Origin: an uncultured Bacilli bacterium | Lineage (GTDB): Bacteria; Bacillota_I; Bacilli_A; ML615J-28; CAG-313 | DNA length: 64,000 bases | NCBI GenBank assembly: GCA_934140285.1 | Contig: CAKPBI010000002.1 | Span: 64,804 to 128,803, forward strand | Direction of reading: 5' to 3' | Part shown: piece after piece, positions 1 through 8,929 of the stretch | Layout: every line of letters starts with the position of its first letter | Position numbering within the stretch: position 1 is the stretch's first letter | The notes under the pieces: generated by a model | What the model saw: the letters and a program-made list of their open reading frames with translations, nothing else | Told to the model about the DNA's origin: nothing | Databases searched by the model: none | Made by a program: the position numbers and the translations under genes

Positions 1-1
1 A

Positions 2-1045
2 CCTAAAGTAAGATTCAAAGAAGATCCTCTAAGAATGCTTCGTGGCATTGAATTGATGGCTAGATATAATTTTGTCCTATCAGGCTCAACAACAAGAGGA
101 ATGAAAAAATGTCGTAAGTACATACCTGATATATCACAAATGAAATTATCAGAAATGTTACTAAAAATAATGAATGGAAAATATGCCAAAAATGCTTTAT
201 ATCAAATGGCTAATATAGACTTATTTAGTAGTGATGCTGTTTATGCGAAATGGTTACTTGGAATATGTCGTAAATATAAGAAAACAAATGTAACAGAAAA
301 ATTAGCTTTATTATATTATATGTATGGTTCAATTCCTAAAAATACTTGTTATTCGCATCAACAACTTCAAGAAATGGAAAAACTTATTATGATGGCTAAA
401 GTTCTTGATAAACAACTAATTGATGGAATGATGCTTTATAAATATGGAAGTCCAATTGTTCTATCAGCTAACTATATGCTAGCAAGCATGGGTGGAAAGT
501 ATAAAGATAAATCTAGATTTATAAAAAAACTAGATAAGCGTTTACCACTACATGATCGTAGAGATTTTAGATTTACGGCTGAAGAGTTAATTCAAATGTT
601 AGACGGAAAAACAGGACCAAAGATTACAGAAATCATGGAACTTCTAATTGATAAAGTTATTCGTGGAGAAATCCTTAATAATAATACAATAATTAGGCAA
701 GAAGCAATGCGCATAATTGCCTTAGAAAATCTTGATAATTCAACAGAAAAACCAAACCCAGAACCACAACAACCGGTTAAACAACCATCAACCCCAGTAC
801 AAGAACCTCAAGTTACTGTTACACCAAGAGTTGAAGTAGTTGTTGATGTTGAACAAATTAAAGCTAAGTATGCTGAAGAATATAAGAGTTTATATGCATC
901 ATATATGCGTTCAGTTCAAGGATATCAATCAATGTCTGATGAAGAAAAACAAGAAGTAAGTCGTAGTGTAAAAAATAGAGTACGTAATGAATTACTTTCT
1001 AAAAATGCAGATTATAATATTTTAGTTGAAAGGGGAATAATCTAA
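2..1045 (+). CDS. cca: CCA-adding tRNA nucleotidyltransferase, C-terminal portion; 5' end truncated by the window edge. Carries a long Pro/Gln-rich C-terminal tail.
   Basis: The reading frame is open from nt 2 and reads ...EDPLRMLRGIELMARYNF, the conserved CCA-enzyme head/neck motif. The tail PNPEPQQPVKQPSTPVQEPQ is low-complexity. The stop overlaps the next start (TAATG). Confidence 0.6.
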   Translation, partial: PKVRFKEDPLRMLRGIELMARYNFVLSGSTTRGMKKCRKYIPDISQMKLSEMLLKIMNGKYAKNALYQMANIDLFSSDAVYAKWLLGICRKYKKTNVTEKLALLYYMYGSIPKNTCYSHQQLQEMEKLIMMAKVLDKQLIDGMMLYKYGSPIVLSANYMLASMGGKYKDKSRFIKKLDKRLPLHDRRDFRFTAEELIQMLDGKTGPKITEIMELLIDKVIRGEILNNNTIIRQEAMRIIALENLDNSTEKPNPEPQQPVKQPSTPVQEPQVTVTPRVEVVVDVEQIKAKYAEEYKSLYASYMRSVQGYQSMSDEEKQEVSRSVKNRVRNELLSKNADYNILVERGII

Positions 1046-1980
1046 TGAGAAAATTTAGTGATATGAAAATTGGTGAAGATGTATCTTTTTATGCATTAGT
1101 AGAAGGATTTCAACTTCGTTATACCCCAAATAAAAGCGCATATTATAGTGCAAGCTTATCAGATGGTGATCAAATAGTTGATGCAAGAATTTGGGATACT
1201 GCTATTGTTGAAAGTGTAAATATGACAAAAGGAGATATATATTATTTCACAGCGCATATTAATGAATATGCTGGAAAAACTCAATTTGTGATTAAAGCAG
1301 CTCGTGGTGTTAATGAAGATGAAATTGACAAAAAAGTATTTTATCGCTCTGCACCAATAACTGAAGAAGCTTTAAGAATGGAAATTAAGCGTTACATTAA
1401 TAAGATAGAAAATCCAATTCTAAAAGAACTTGTAATTCAAATGATTAGTAAAGTCGCAAATGACTATTTTACATTTCCTGCAGCAATGTCAATGCATCAC
1501 AATTATGCATCAGGACTTGCTTATCACACATATACAATGTTAAGACTTGCTGATACATATTTAGAATTATATCCAGGAATGAGTCAAGACTTATTATATG
1601 CTGGTACAATTGTACATGATATTGGTAAGACTAAAGAATTAAGTGGTATACATGGAACAGTGTACACAGAAGAAGGAAATCTTTTAGGTCATATAGTTAT
1701 TGGCTTACAAATGGTCGCTTCTGTTGCGACTACCTTAGGAGTAGAAGATACAGAAGAAGTAAAAGCATTATCTCATTTAATTGCTTCCCATCATGGAGAA
1801 CTTGAATTTGGAAGTCCAAAAGAACCAGGAATGCTAGAAGCATTTGCCCTTCATTTTATGGATCTTGCAGATGCTAAAATGACTGCCGTATCTACAGAAG
1901 TAGTAAAAACGGAAAAAGGAAAAAGCACAGGTCCTATCGGAAGTATCGGTAGAAAAACAATATATCGTGCAGACTTATAG
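1045..1980 (+). CDS. yhaM: 3'-5' exoribonuclease YhaM (OB-fold plus HD domain)
   Basis: N-terminal OB-fold region, then an HD domain (HHNYASGLAYHT...VHDIGK...ASHHGELEFGSPKEP) collinear with B. subtilis YhaM. Sits downstream of cca as in Bacilli. Confidence 0.75.
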   Translation: MRKFSDMKIGEDVSFYALVEGFQLRYTPNKSAYYSASLSDGDQIVDARIWDTAIVESVNMTKGDIYYFTAHINEYAGKTQFVIKAARGVNEDEIDKKVFYRSAPITEEALRMEIKRYINKIENPILKELVIQMISKVANDYFTFPAAMSMHHNYASGLAYHTYTMLRLADTYLELYPGMSQDLLYAGTIVHDIGKTKELSGIHGTVYTEEGNLLGHIVIGLQMVASVATTLGVEDTEEVKALSHLIASHHGELEFGSPKEPGMLEAFALHFMDLADAKMTAVSTEVVKTEKGKSTGPIGSIGRKTIYRADL

Positions 1981-1987
1981 AGTCGAA

Positions 1988-2020
1988 AAAAGCTGAGTAG
2001 TAATTACTCAGCTTTATTTT
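1988..2020. terminator. Bidirectional rho-independent terminator between yhaM (+) and the 176-aa gene (-)
   Basis: Stem agctgagta / tactcagct with a 5-nt loop, flanked by an A-run upstream and ttatttt downstream. Confidence 0.6.
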
Positions 2021-2534
2021 CATCTTCAAATGTATATTTAATATCCATCGCAATAAAATTTTCAATACGTCTAAATTTTAAAAGAGTATTTGCCCTTTGT
2101 ACAAATAATGTATCAACGGCTTCCCAAATAAATACCCAAGCAAAAATATTAATACATTCAGTTAATACTGCTCCAATATTCAAATTTGATAGTATGATCA
2201 TTATAGATAAAGCAATAACTCCAATTATAATACATGAAATACCAAATATTTTTTTTCTTTTAATATCTCTTAATAAATCATGATATTGAAGTGTATAATA
2301 ATTTTTAATAGCTTTATTAAACATTTGCATATCATTATCACTTAATTTCTCACAATGAATATTTAATGATAATAAAGTTTTATGGTGAAACTCATTAGCA
2401 CAGTTTTCTAAAAAGTTTGCTACCTCATTAGAAATAACAGGCTTGCCTTCTAGTGAATATGGTGACAAGAAATTTGATGTATCATTAATGGCCATATCAA
2501 TCTCAGATTTTTCTGCTATAATTTTCTTTTTCAT
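2004..2534 (-). CDS. Hypothetical membrane protein: soluble N-terminal domain plus two C-terminal TM helices
   Basis: 176-aa ORF with two hydrophobic helices near the C-terminus (IFGISCIIIGVIALSIMIILSNL; IGAVLTECINIFAWVFIW). No motif recognised. Has its own -10 (tataat) region upstream. Confidence 0.4.
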   Translation of the reverse strand: MKKKIIAEKSEIDMAINDTSNFLSPYSLEGKPVISNEVANFLENCANEFHHKTLLSLNIHCEKLSDNDMQMFNKAIKNYYTLQYHDLLRDIKRKKIFGISCIIIGVIALSIMIILSNLNIGAVLTECINIFAWVFIWEAVDTLFVQRANTLLKFRRIENFIAMDIKYTFEDENKAE

Positions 2535-2600
2535 AATTTACTCCTTAATATATACTAATTATATTATATTAGGAGAAAAAAGTCTAGAACCTAGCAAATA

Positions 2601-2632
2601 AAAATAGCTATACATTTAAGTATAGCTATTTT
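2601..2632 (-). terminator. Hairpin immediately after the 847-aa lipoprotein gene
   Basis: Perfect 13-bp inverted repeat aaaatagctatac / gtatagctatttt with a short loop. Confidence 0.5.
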
Positions 2633-2638
2633 CTTTAA

Positions 2639-5182
2639 TTATTCAGCTGTTGTATAATTGTCATTAATTAAATCTAATAAACCATTAGCCATTTCTTCGT
2701 TTGCCCATTTAGTATTTTTGATTTGTTCTTTACATAAATCTAAAATAGTGTTCATAGTTTTAGCACCTGCAACATTGTTAATCTTTAATAGAGCATTAAT
2801 AGCAGGAACATAGAAATTAGTAATAGCTGTAGATTTAGTTGATGTACCTTTTTCTACATATTCATCATATTCAAGTAAAGTAATATTTACTTGTTTTTCT
2901 GTTGAATTTGTATAAGCAGGAGCATTAGCTTTAATAACACTTAATTTATAAGCAGTTGAAACATTTGCATTTTCATCACTTGATTGTGCAAAGTAGAATA
3001 CATCAGATGTAAAGTCAAGTGCAGTCACGAAATGACCTGTATCATTCTTAGTATAATGATATCCAGGATCTAATGATTGACCTGTAATCTTAGTTCCAAT
3101 GTTTTTGCCTTCTTCATCAGTTAATTCATCGTAATTATTGATTTTGTCATATAAAGTTTTAATTTCAGCTTTAATTGTTTCATTAATAGATGAAGAATTA
3201 GTGTAAGAAGTAGAAGTAACAACGCTTAAGCGAAGTCCTGCAGCTTTAAATTTACCCCATACAACATGGCCGTTTGAAGCAAGTTTATAAGAAACAGCAG
3301 TTTCTTGTAAAGCAGTTTCTAAAGTTTTACCAAGTTTTGAATTCTTAGTTACGCTTTCTTCAGCAACATCATATACTTTGTTAATAAGTTCAGCAGATAG
3401 TGGATCTGTATCAACACCCGCAAGATATTCATCAGCTACACCATTATTATCTTTGTCATAGTATGCCATAACACCGATAATGCTAGCGCTGAAGTATTCT
3501 TTAAGAAGTTCTCTCATCTTTTCTTGTACTGCATCATCAACTTCAACAGTCTTTGTTGTACCATCTTCATTGGTAACTTCTTTAGTTGAAACCCATAATG
3601 ATCTAGCTAGTTTATTTTTAGCATAAGAATAGATACTACCATCAAGGTTAAACATTAATTCTTTTTCATCTTGTACACCAAGGTAATCACGTAAGAAGTT
3701 TTGCCAACCATAGTTTGCAGGATAACCATTTTCTTCATAGTTGCCTTGTTCAAATGCAGTTTTATATTTAGTTACATCTGATTTGTAGAATTCATCATAT
3801 TTACTTTGATTTAAAACTTCACCAGTTTTATAGTTATAAATTGTATTGTAGTTTTCATTTGTTAATACAACATATTGTTGTAATAATAATAAAGATATAA
3901 TTGAACCATATTTTTTAGTTAATTTTTCGAATAATTGTTGTGCAGTTAATTCATATGTTTTTCCATCATGTTCAAAACTTGCGACAACTGTCTTGCTTTC
4001 TTCATATGTTACTTTGTAAGCATCATATTCACTAATTGATAATGCTTTGTAAGCAGCTTTGTAATCAACAACATATTTAGTTTCAAGACCTTGATCATAA
4101 ATCTTTAGATTGATTTTATTACGTTTTTCATTTAAAACTTTTGTAATATAATCATTGCTAATTGATTGTTCAACTAAAGAGTGGAAAATTTCGTTCATTT
4201 CATCTTCAGTTAAATCTTTAAATTCTTTAGAACCATCACTAACTTCGTCAAGTTTAATAGCTAAGAAACAACGGCTTCCGTATGAAATTGGACCATGAGT
4301 ATATGATTTATTTTCATCAACGCCTAATTTTTCTAAATCTGCAACTTTTGAAGCAATAACTGATGAAATATCATTTAATTCTTTATAAGTATATGAATTT
4401 TTAACTTCAGATTCTTCACCATTAATTGCTTTATACATTTTTTTGAAAACTTCTTCAATAGATGTACCGTTTGTATTCCAACTGCTATTTAAGTTTTTAA
4501 GTTCAACACCAGCAAGTTCCATAACATCTTTTGCTTGTTTTTCAGAATCAAATGTTATAATAATTGCTTTATATGTAGGACGATGTTGGCTTTCATAGTA
4601 AGTTTTGTAATCGTCTTCAGTAAAGTAATCTTTTTCATTTTTATCATCAGCGTTATATTCTTCAACAAATTTCTTGAATGCACTAACAGCGAAACTCATT
4701 CTTACATATTCATCATGGTAATATTGAGTCCATTCTTCTTCAGTCTTTAAACCGATAGCACGCATATTCTTTTTAAATTCATTAAGTTTCTTTTCTTTTT
4801 CTACAGGATCTGTAGGGATGTCAGCCTTTGTGTTATCATTTTCATCAACACCATAAATGATTTGGTCAAGATTTACTTTGAATGTATCTTCATTATAGTG
4901 TGAATCATAAACAGAAGGGTTAGTGCCTAATATAATTTTGTCAATCCAACTAGTTAATTCATCTAATCCATATGATTGAACTAAATGATTGTAGATAGCT
5001 TGATTAGTTACTTTATAATCTCCCATAGTAACAAATGCATCATTAGGATTTTCAATAGTTGGTGTTACACTAGGATAAGGTTTATTAGATTTATCCTTTT
5101 TACAACTAACTACAGTAAAAAGGCAGATAATAGCTAATAGACAAGGAAGAATACGTTTGAATAATAATATATTTCTTTTCAT
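2639..5182 (-). CDS. Giant surface lipoprotein, PrsA-like: two SurA-N/PrsA-N-like motifs plus a degenerate parvulin-like segment
   Basis: Signal peptide with lipobox LFTVVSC. Motif FVTMGDYKVTNQAIYNHLVQSYGLDELTSWIDKIIL resembles the PrsA N-terminus (..GDVTKGELYTNMKK..G..VL..LV..KVL). A second copy reads YELTAQQLFEKLTKKYGSIISLLLLQQYV. The parvulin-like stretch TYKAIIITFDSEKQAKDVMEL...SRCFLAIKLDE lacks the catalytic His. Start placed at the second ATG (MKRNILL), 8 nt after a GGAGG; the ORF-track start at 5197 overlaps that RBS. Confidence 0.6.
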   Translation of the reverse strand: MKRNILLFKRILPCLLAIICLFTVVSCKKDKSNKPYPSVTPTIENPNDAFVTMGDYKVTNQAIYNHLVQSYGLDELTSWIDKIILGTNPSVYDSHYNEDTFKVNLDQIIYGVDENDNTKADIPTDPVEKEKKLNEFKKNMRAIGLKTEEEWTQYYHDEYVRMSFAVSAFKKFVEEYNADDKNEKDYFTEDDYKTYYESQHRPTYKAIIITFDSEKQAKDVMELAGVELKNLNSSWNTNGTSIEEVFKKMYKAINGEESEVKNSYTYKELNDISSVIASKVADLEKLGVDENKSYTHGPISYGSRCFLAIKLDEVSDGSKEFKDLTEDEMNEIFHSLVEQSISNDYITKVLNEKRNKINLKIYDQGLETKYVVDYKAAYKALSISEYDAYKVTYEESKTVVASFEHDGKTYELTAQQLFEKLTKKYGSIISLLLLQQYVVLTNENYNTIYNYKTGEVLNQSKYDEFYKSDVTKYKTAFEQGNYEENGYPANYGWQNFLRDYLGVQDEKELMFNLDGSIYSYAKNKLARSLWVSTKEVTNEDGTTKTVEVDDAVQEKMRELLKEYFSASIIGVMAYYDKDNNGVADEYLAGVDTDPLSAELINKVYDVAEESVTKNSKLGKTLETALQETAVSYKLASNGHVVWGKFKAAGLRLSVVTSTSYTNSSSINETIKAEIKTLYDKINNYDELTDEEGKNIGTKITGQSLDPGYHYTKNDTGHFVTALDFTSDVFYFAQSSDENANVSTAYKLSVIKANAPAYTNSTEKQVNITLLEYDEYVEKGTSTKSTAITNFYVPAINALLKINNVAGAKTMNTILDLCKEQIKNTKWANEEMANGLLDLINDNYTTAE

Positions 5183-5196
5183 CTTTTTTTCCTCCA

Positions 5197-8100
5197 TTAT
5201 TTATTTAAATCTTCTTCGCTAACTTTAATAATAATATCTAAGATTCTATTAAATTCAGCAGAGTCACCAGAAACAACAATACTACCCTTATTGTCTTTTA
5301 AGTATTCAATGAACTTAGCAGATAAAACATCAGAACCAGATAATTCAGTAACAGCATTAGTATACCAAGTATCAATTCTTGATTTAATATTTGTATCTAG
5401 AGTGTAACCACTTTTATATTCAATATCATATTTATCTTTTAAAGTTTTAACTGCTTCATTGTAGATTTCTTTCTTATATGTAACTGTAGCATTAACATTG
5501 TTAGATGCTTTTTGAACTAAGTTATAAATTAATACATCTTCTTCACTAGGAAGTTTAGAAATATCAGTTACGCCTAAAGCAATAATTTTATGATAACCAT
5601 AAGTAGTTTCAGTAGTATTCTTAGAAATATAAGGAACATCAAATGTGCCTTCATAACCAGCTTCTTTAATATCTTTATACATTGTTTCAAGTTCACTTAA
5701 GAATTCTTCAGCAAGACTTGAAGTATTACTGTAATCTTGAGCACTTTCAACTTTTAACATTAAACCAGCTTTTTTGAATTTAGCCCAGTAATTATATGTA
5801 TAAATTGTATCAAGTTCAGTTGGAGCACTTAGTGGTTCTTCAAAACCAGCATTTTTATAATTTGTAACAATTTCATTTATTTGATTGTAAATACCACTCT
5901 TATCAGTTGAATCGGCTAATTCTAATACTTTTGTAAGTAATTCATCAACTAAAGCTCTTTGTTCGTCTGTCCAAGTAGATGTTTCAAATTCATAATTATC
6001 ATCATCAATAGTGTGTTTGTCACTTTGTGTATCAACTTCACTATCAAAGTCATTATCAACGTAAACCATAAGGTTAACAACTTTTAAACCATACCATTTT
6101 TCTTGAGCTTCTTTCATCTTCTTATATACATCAGTTTCTTCCCAAGTGCCTTCACCAGCAGTAGTATATAAACTTTCTGTATAATCAGTTAAAGCTTTTG
6201 TATAAATAGAACCACCAAAATTAGCATTTGTTAATAATTCTTCATCAGAATAAGAACCAAAGTAATCATGCTTAAAGTTGTTCCAACCATATTTAGCAGG
6301 GAAGTTAGGAGTAAATCCATAATATGATAAGTATGAATATGTGAAGTAATTTAATTCAAAATTCTTACGGAATCCACCAATTTCATTTTCAAGTAAATCT
6401 CTAAACGTTTTACTATCTTTAACATCATTTGTGTATGAGTTATAAATAGTATTGAATTTACTTGAAATAATACGATATTGGTTAATTAGATCAACAGTAG
6501 TTGAAACAGCATATTTGTCTTTTAATTCTTCAAATAAAGTTTCAGCAGTAATTTCAACATCTTTTTTATTTACAGTAAATCTTGCGACTACTGTAGATTC
6601 TTTTTTCTTAGAGTCAACATATTTATCATAATCAGTAAGTTTTAATGTAGTTTCATAGAAGTAAGTATAACGATAATCATAAATAGCTTCTAGGTAACGA
6701 TCAAAGATTTGTAAGTTAGCTTCTTGACGTTTTTGATAAATCATCTTAGAAATATTATTATCAGTTAATTCAGCTTCTAATAATTTTTCTTCAATTTCAG
6801 CTTTGATGTCAGCATCATTGTAATCATTGATTACTTGTTTTCCCCATTTGATTGCTAAAACATAATAATCACCACATTTTTGAGGTTTAATTGTATATGT
6901 CTTGTAGAATTTGCTAGCGTCATCTGATAATGGATATGTAGTAGAATCAACTTTTAAAATAGATGATAATGAAGAGTTAATATCAGAAAGTTCTTTTGTA
7001 GACCAAACTAATTTAACGCCTTTTTCTTCTAATTCATCAAGTTTTTCTTTAGTAAAACTATAAGTATAGAATGGATCAACATCTCCAACCGTTAATGTTG
7101 TAACTTCATCAGGTTCAGTTGAAGGTTCAACAGTAAATTCAAATGTCGATTTAGATTCATCTAAGTCATTATATTTAACAGTTGCAGTAACAGTAACTTT
7201 AACATTTTTAGCATCTTTGCCATCTTTACCAACAGGAGAAGTGTAAACTAAAGTTTTTCCATCTTCAGCTAAAACTAAATTTGAGTTTTCAGCAACAGAC
7301 CAAGTGATTGTCGCAACATCACTTGAACCATTTAATTTAACTTCAAGAGGAAGAACTACATTTCCTTTAACAGTCTTGTGATCTTCTAATACACTCTTAA
7401 TAGCAGCGTTAATTTTTGATAAAGTCTTTTCTTTAGAAATAGTTTCAGTATAATCATCACTTGAAATTTGTTTACCAAGATATTTATATACTAAATTATA
7501 TAATTCAAAGAATTTATCAAATACTTCAGTAGAAGATAAGAATTCACTAGCAGGAATAGTTGTATCATTAGAGTTGTTATAATCATAACTAGCTTTAACC
7601 CAACCATCTTTACCAAGTACTACTCTATTAGTATTAATACCAACAGAATTCATAGCTTTTAAAGCAGCTTCTTCACTTGTGAAAGGAATAAATAAACCAA
7701 TAACATTGTCTGAATAATTTTTTTCGTAATATTCTTTAAATTTGTCTTCATCAAAGTAACCATCTTTACCATCTTTTTCACGACTAGCTTTAAGTTCAGC
7801 TTTGTAAGCATCTTTAGCAGCTTCTCTACGTGCATATTGTAAAGCATAGTATTTACGAACAACCGTCCAAACAGATGAATCTAATTTATAAGCATCTTTA
7901 GCAGCTTCATCAACACTCTTCATAAGGTTATTCATTAATAAAGAATTAATCAAATCATCCCATTTTTCTTGGTTTGCTTTTTTAATTCCTTCTTCATCAG
8001 TAGAAGTAAGAACCTTTTTAAATACACTTTCCATAATGTATTTATCTAAACCACTAAGTTCAGCAAGTGAAGTAGATTTAACGTTTACTTCATTTACTTT

Positions 8101-8367
8101 TTCTTCGTAAATCTTACTATCAACAAGTCTTAGTAATTCATCAACACCATAGCTTTGTTTCATGTATGTATATAAACGATCATTAGTAACTTTCATATCA
8201 CCAAGAGTTAGATATACATCATCACTTTTGTCAATCTTAGGTGTTTTGTTTGAGCATCCTTTTGCGGATGTAACAACAATTGCGATAATAACAACAAGTA
8301 TTAACGCAAGTGCAACTGGGGCTATACGCTTAGCAGCGTCTTTTCCAGTCATAGCTTTTTCACTCAT
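5197..8367 (-). CDS. Giant membrane-anchored paralog of the downstream lipoprotein; two PrsA-N-like modules plus parvulin-like remnants
   Basis: N-terminal TM anchor (IAPVALALILVVIIAIVVTS). Motifs YLTLGDMKVTNDRLYTYMKQSYGVDELLRLVDSKI and VEITAETLFEELKDKYAVSTTVDLINQYRII. It shares AKYGWNNFKHDYFG with ANYGWQNFLRDYLG in the 847-aa protein. Also GKDGWV and TTYGYHKIIAL (compare PrsA GGDLGWF / GYHIIK). Start set at MSEKAM (AGGAG 8 nt upstream) rather than the RBS-less ATG at 8454. Confidence 0.6.
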   Translation of the reverse strand: MSEKAMTGKDAAKRIAPVALALILVVIIAIVVTSAKGCSNKTPKIDKSDDVYLTLGDMKVTNDRLYTYMKQSYGVDELLRLVDSKIYEEKVNEVNVKSTSLAELSGLDKYIMESVFKKVLTSTDEEGIKKANQEKWDDLINSLLMNNLMKSVDEAAKDAYKLDSSVWTVVRKYYALQYARREAAKDAYKAELKASREKDGKDGYFDEDKFKEYYEKNYSDNVIGLFIPFTSEEAALKAMNSVGINTNRVVLGKDGWVKASYDYNNSNDTTIPASEFLSSTEVFDKFFELYNLVYKYLGKQISSDDYTETISKEKTLSKINAAIKSVLEDHKTVKGNVVLPLEVKLNGSSDVATITWSVAENSNLVLAEDGKTLVYTSPVGKDGKDAKNVKVTVTATVKYNDLDESKSTFEFTVEPSTEPDEVTTLTVGDVDPFYTYSFTKEKLDELEEKGVKLVWSTKELSDINSSLSSILKVDSTTYPLSDDASKFYKTYTIKPQKCGDYYVLAIKWGKQVINDYNDADIKAEIEEKLLEAELTDNNISKMIYQKRQEANLQIFDRYLEAIYDYRYTYFYETTLKLTDYDKYVDSKKKESTVVARFTVNKKDVEITAETLFEELKDKYAVSTTVDLINQYRIISSKFNTIYNSYTNDVKDSKTFRDLLENEIGGFRKNFELNYFTYSYLSYYGFTPNFPAKYGWNNFKHDYFGSYSDEELLTNANFGGSIYTKALTDYTESLYTTAGEGTWEETDVYKKMKEAQEKWYGLKVVNLMVYVDNDFDSEVDTQSDKHTIDDDNYEFETSTWTDEQRALVDELLTKVLELADSTDKSGIYNQINEIVTNYKNAGFEEPLSAPTELDTIYTYNYWAKFKKAGLMLKVESAQDYSNTSSLAEEFLSELETMYKDIKEAGYEGTFDVPYISKNTTETTYGYHKIIALGVTDISKLPSEEDVLIYNLVQKASNNVNATVTYKKEIYNEAVKTLKDKYDIEYKSGYTLDTNIKSRIDTWYTNAVTELSGSDVLSAKFIEYLKDNKGSIVVSGDSAEFNRILDIIIKVSEEDLNK

Positions 8368-8510
8368 TTTTTTCACTCCTTTTTTAAAAAATTGGTTATT
8401 TATATCTTTTGAAAATAACAAATATATAATATCATTTTTTTTAAAAAAACTCAACTAAAATATAGATAAATTGGTTGTTTTTAAACTAATATTAATGAGT
8501 ATCACAAAAC

Positions 8511-8531
8511 AATGTGAAATTAATGTGAAAT
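8511..8531 (+). promoter_or_regulatory. Tandem direct repeat AATGTGAAAT-T-AATGTGAAAT (11-bp period) upstream of the YjcZ-like gene; candidate regulator binding site
   Basis: Two exact 10-mers, one helical turn apart, about 125 nt upstream of the small ORF. Confidence 0.3.
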
Positions 8532-8654
8532 ATTATTTTTATATTAAATATAGGCATTTGTAATATACAACAAATAATCAACAACGTATTATGTAGTAGA
8601 CCTTATTATTGTTTACTGTTTGATTTTTTAAGCCACTTGAAAGGAGGAAGAATC

Positions 8655-8744
8655 ATGAATAATGGTCGTCAAGAATATGGGTATGCATTTATCCTTGTAT
8701 TATTCATTCTACTTGTAATCATTGGTGCTTGCTGGGCATTTTAA
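8655..8744 (+). CDS. YjcZ-like tiny transmembrane protein (29 aa; sporulation-associated tiny_TM family)
   Basis: Absent from the ORF track. RBS aaggagga lies 6 nt before the ATG. Translation MNNGRQEYGYAFILVLFILLVIIGACWAF matches the YjcZ pattern (Gly/Tyr head, then ...FALIVVLFILLIIVG..W.). A hairpin follows. Confidence 0.5.
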   Translation: MNNGRQEYGYAFILVLFILLVIIGACWAF

Positions 8745-8753
8745 GATTAAGAT

Positions 8754-8785
8754 AAAACACTGACATTGTCAGTGTTTTATCTTAT
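8754..8785 (+). terminator. Hairpin terminator after the YjcZ-like gene
   Basis: aaaacactg / cagtgtttt stem followed by a T-rich tail. Confidence 0.5.
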
Positions 8786-8929
8786 TACTAGGAAATATTC
8801 AATAAGTAATAAAACTAATAATTAATAGTTTTTATTCTTTTCATTCAAAATAAAATTATTCTATTATGTATTTGATTGAAAAAATATGGCTTTTATGGTA
8901 TAATAATTTGAAAAGTAGAGGGAATAAAT

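Noticed and set aside
4535-4750. 71-aa + strand ORF inside the 847-aa lipoprotein gene
   Set aside because: Lies antisense within a well-supported long CDS. Its Phe/Ile-rich product is typical of AT-rich antisense frames, and it has no RBS.
7659-7862. 67-aa minus-strand ORF in an alternate frame of the giant protein gene
   Set aside because: It is embedded in another frame of the same strand as a much longer, motif-bearing ORF.
8162-8458. 98-aa + strand ORF overlapping the 5' end of the giant gene
   Set aside because: It is antisense to the real N-terminus (TM anchor plus PrsA-like motif) and has no RBS.
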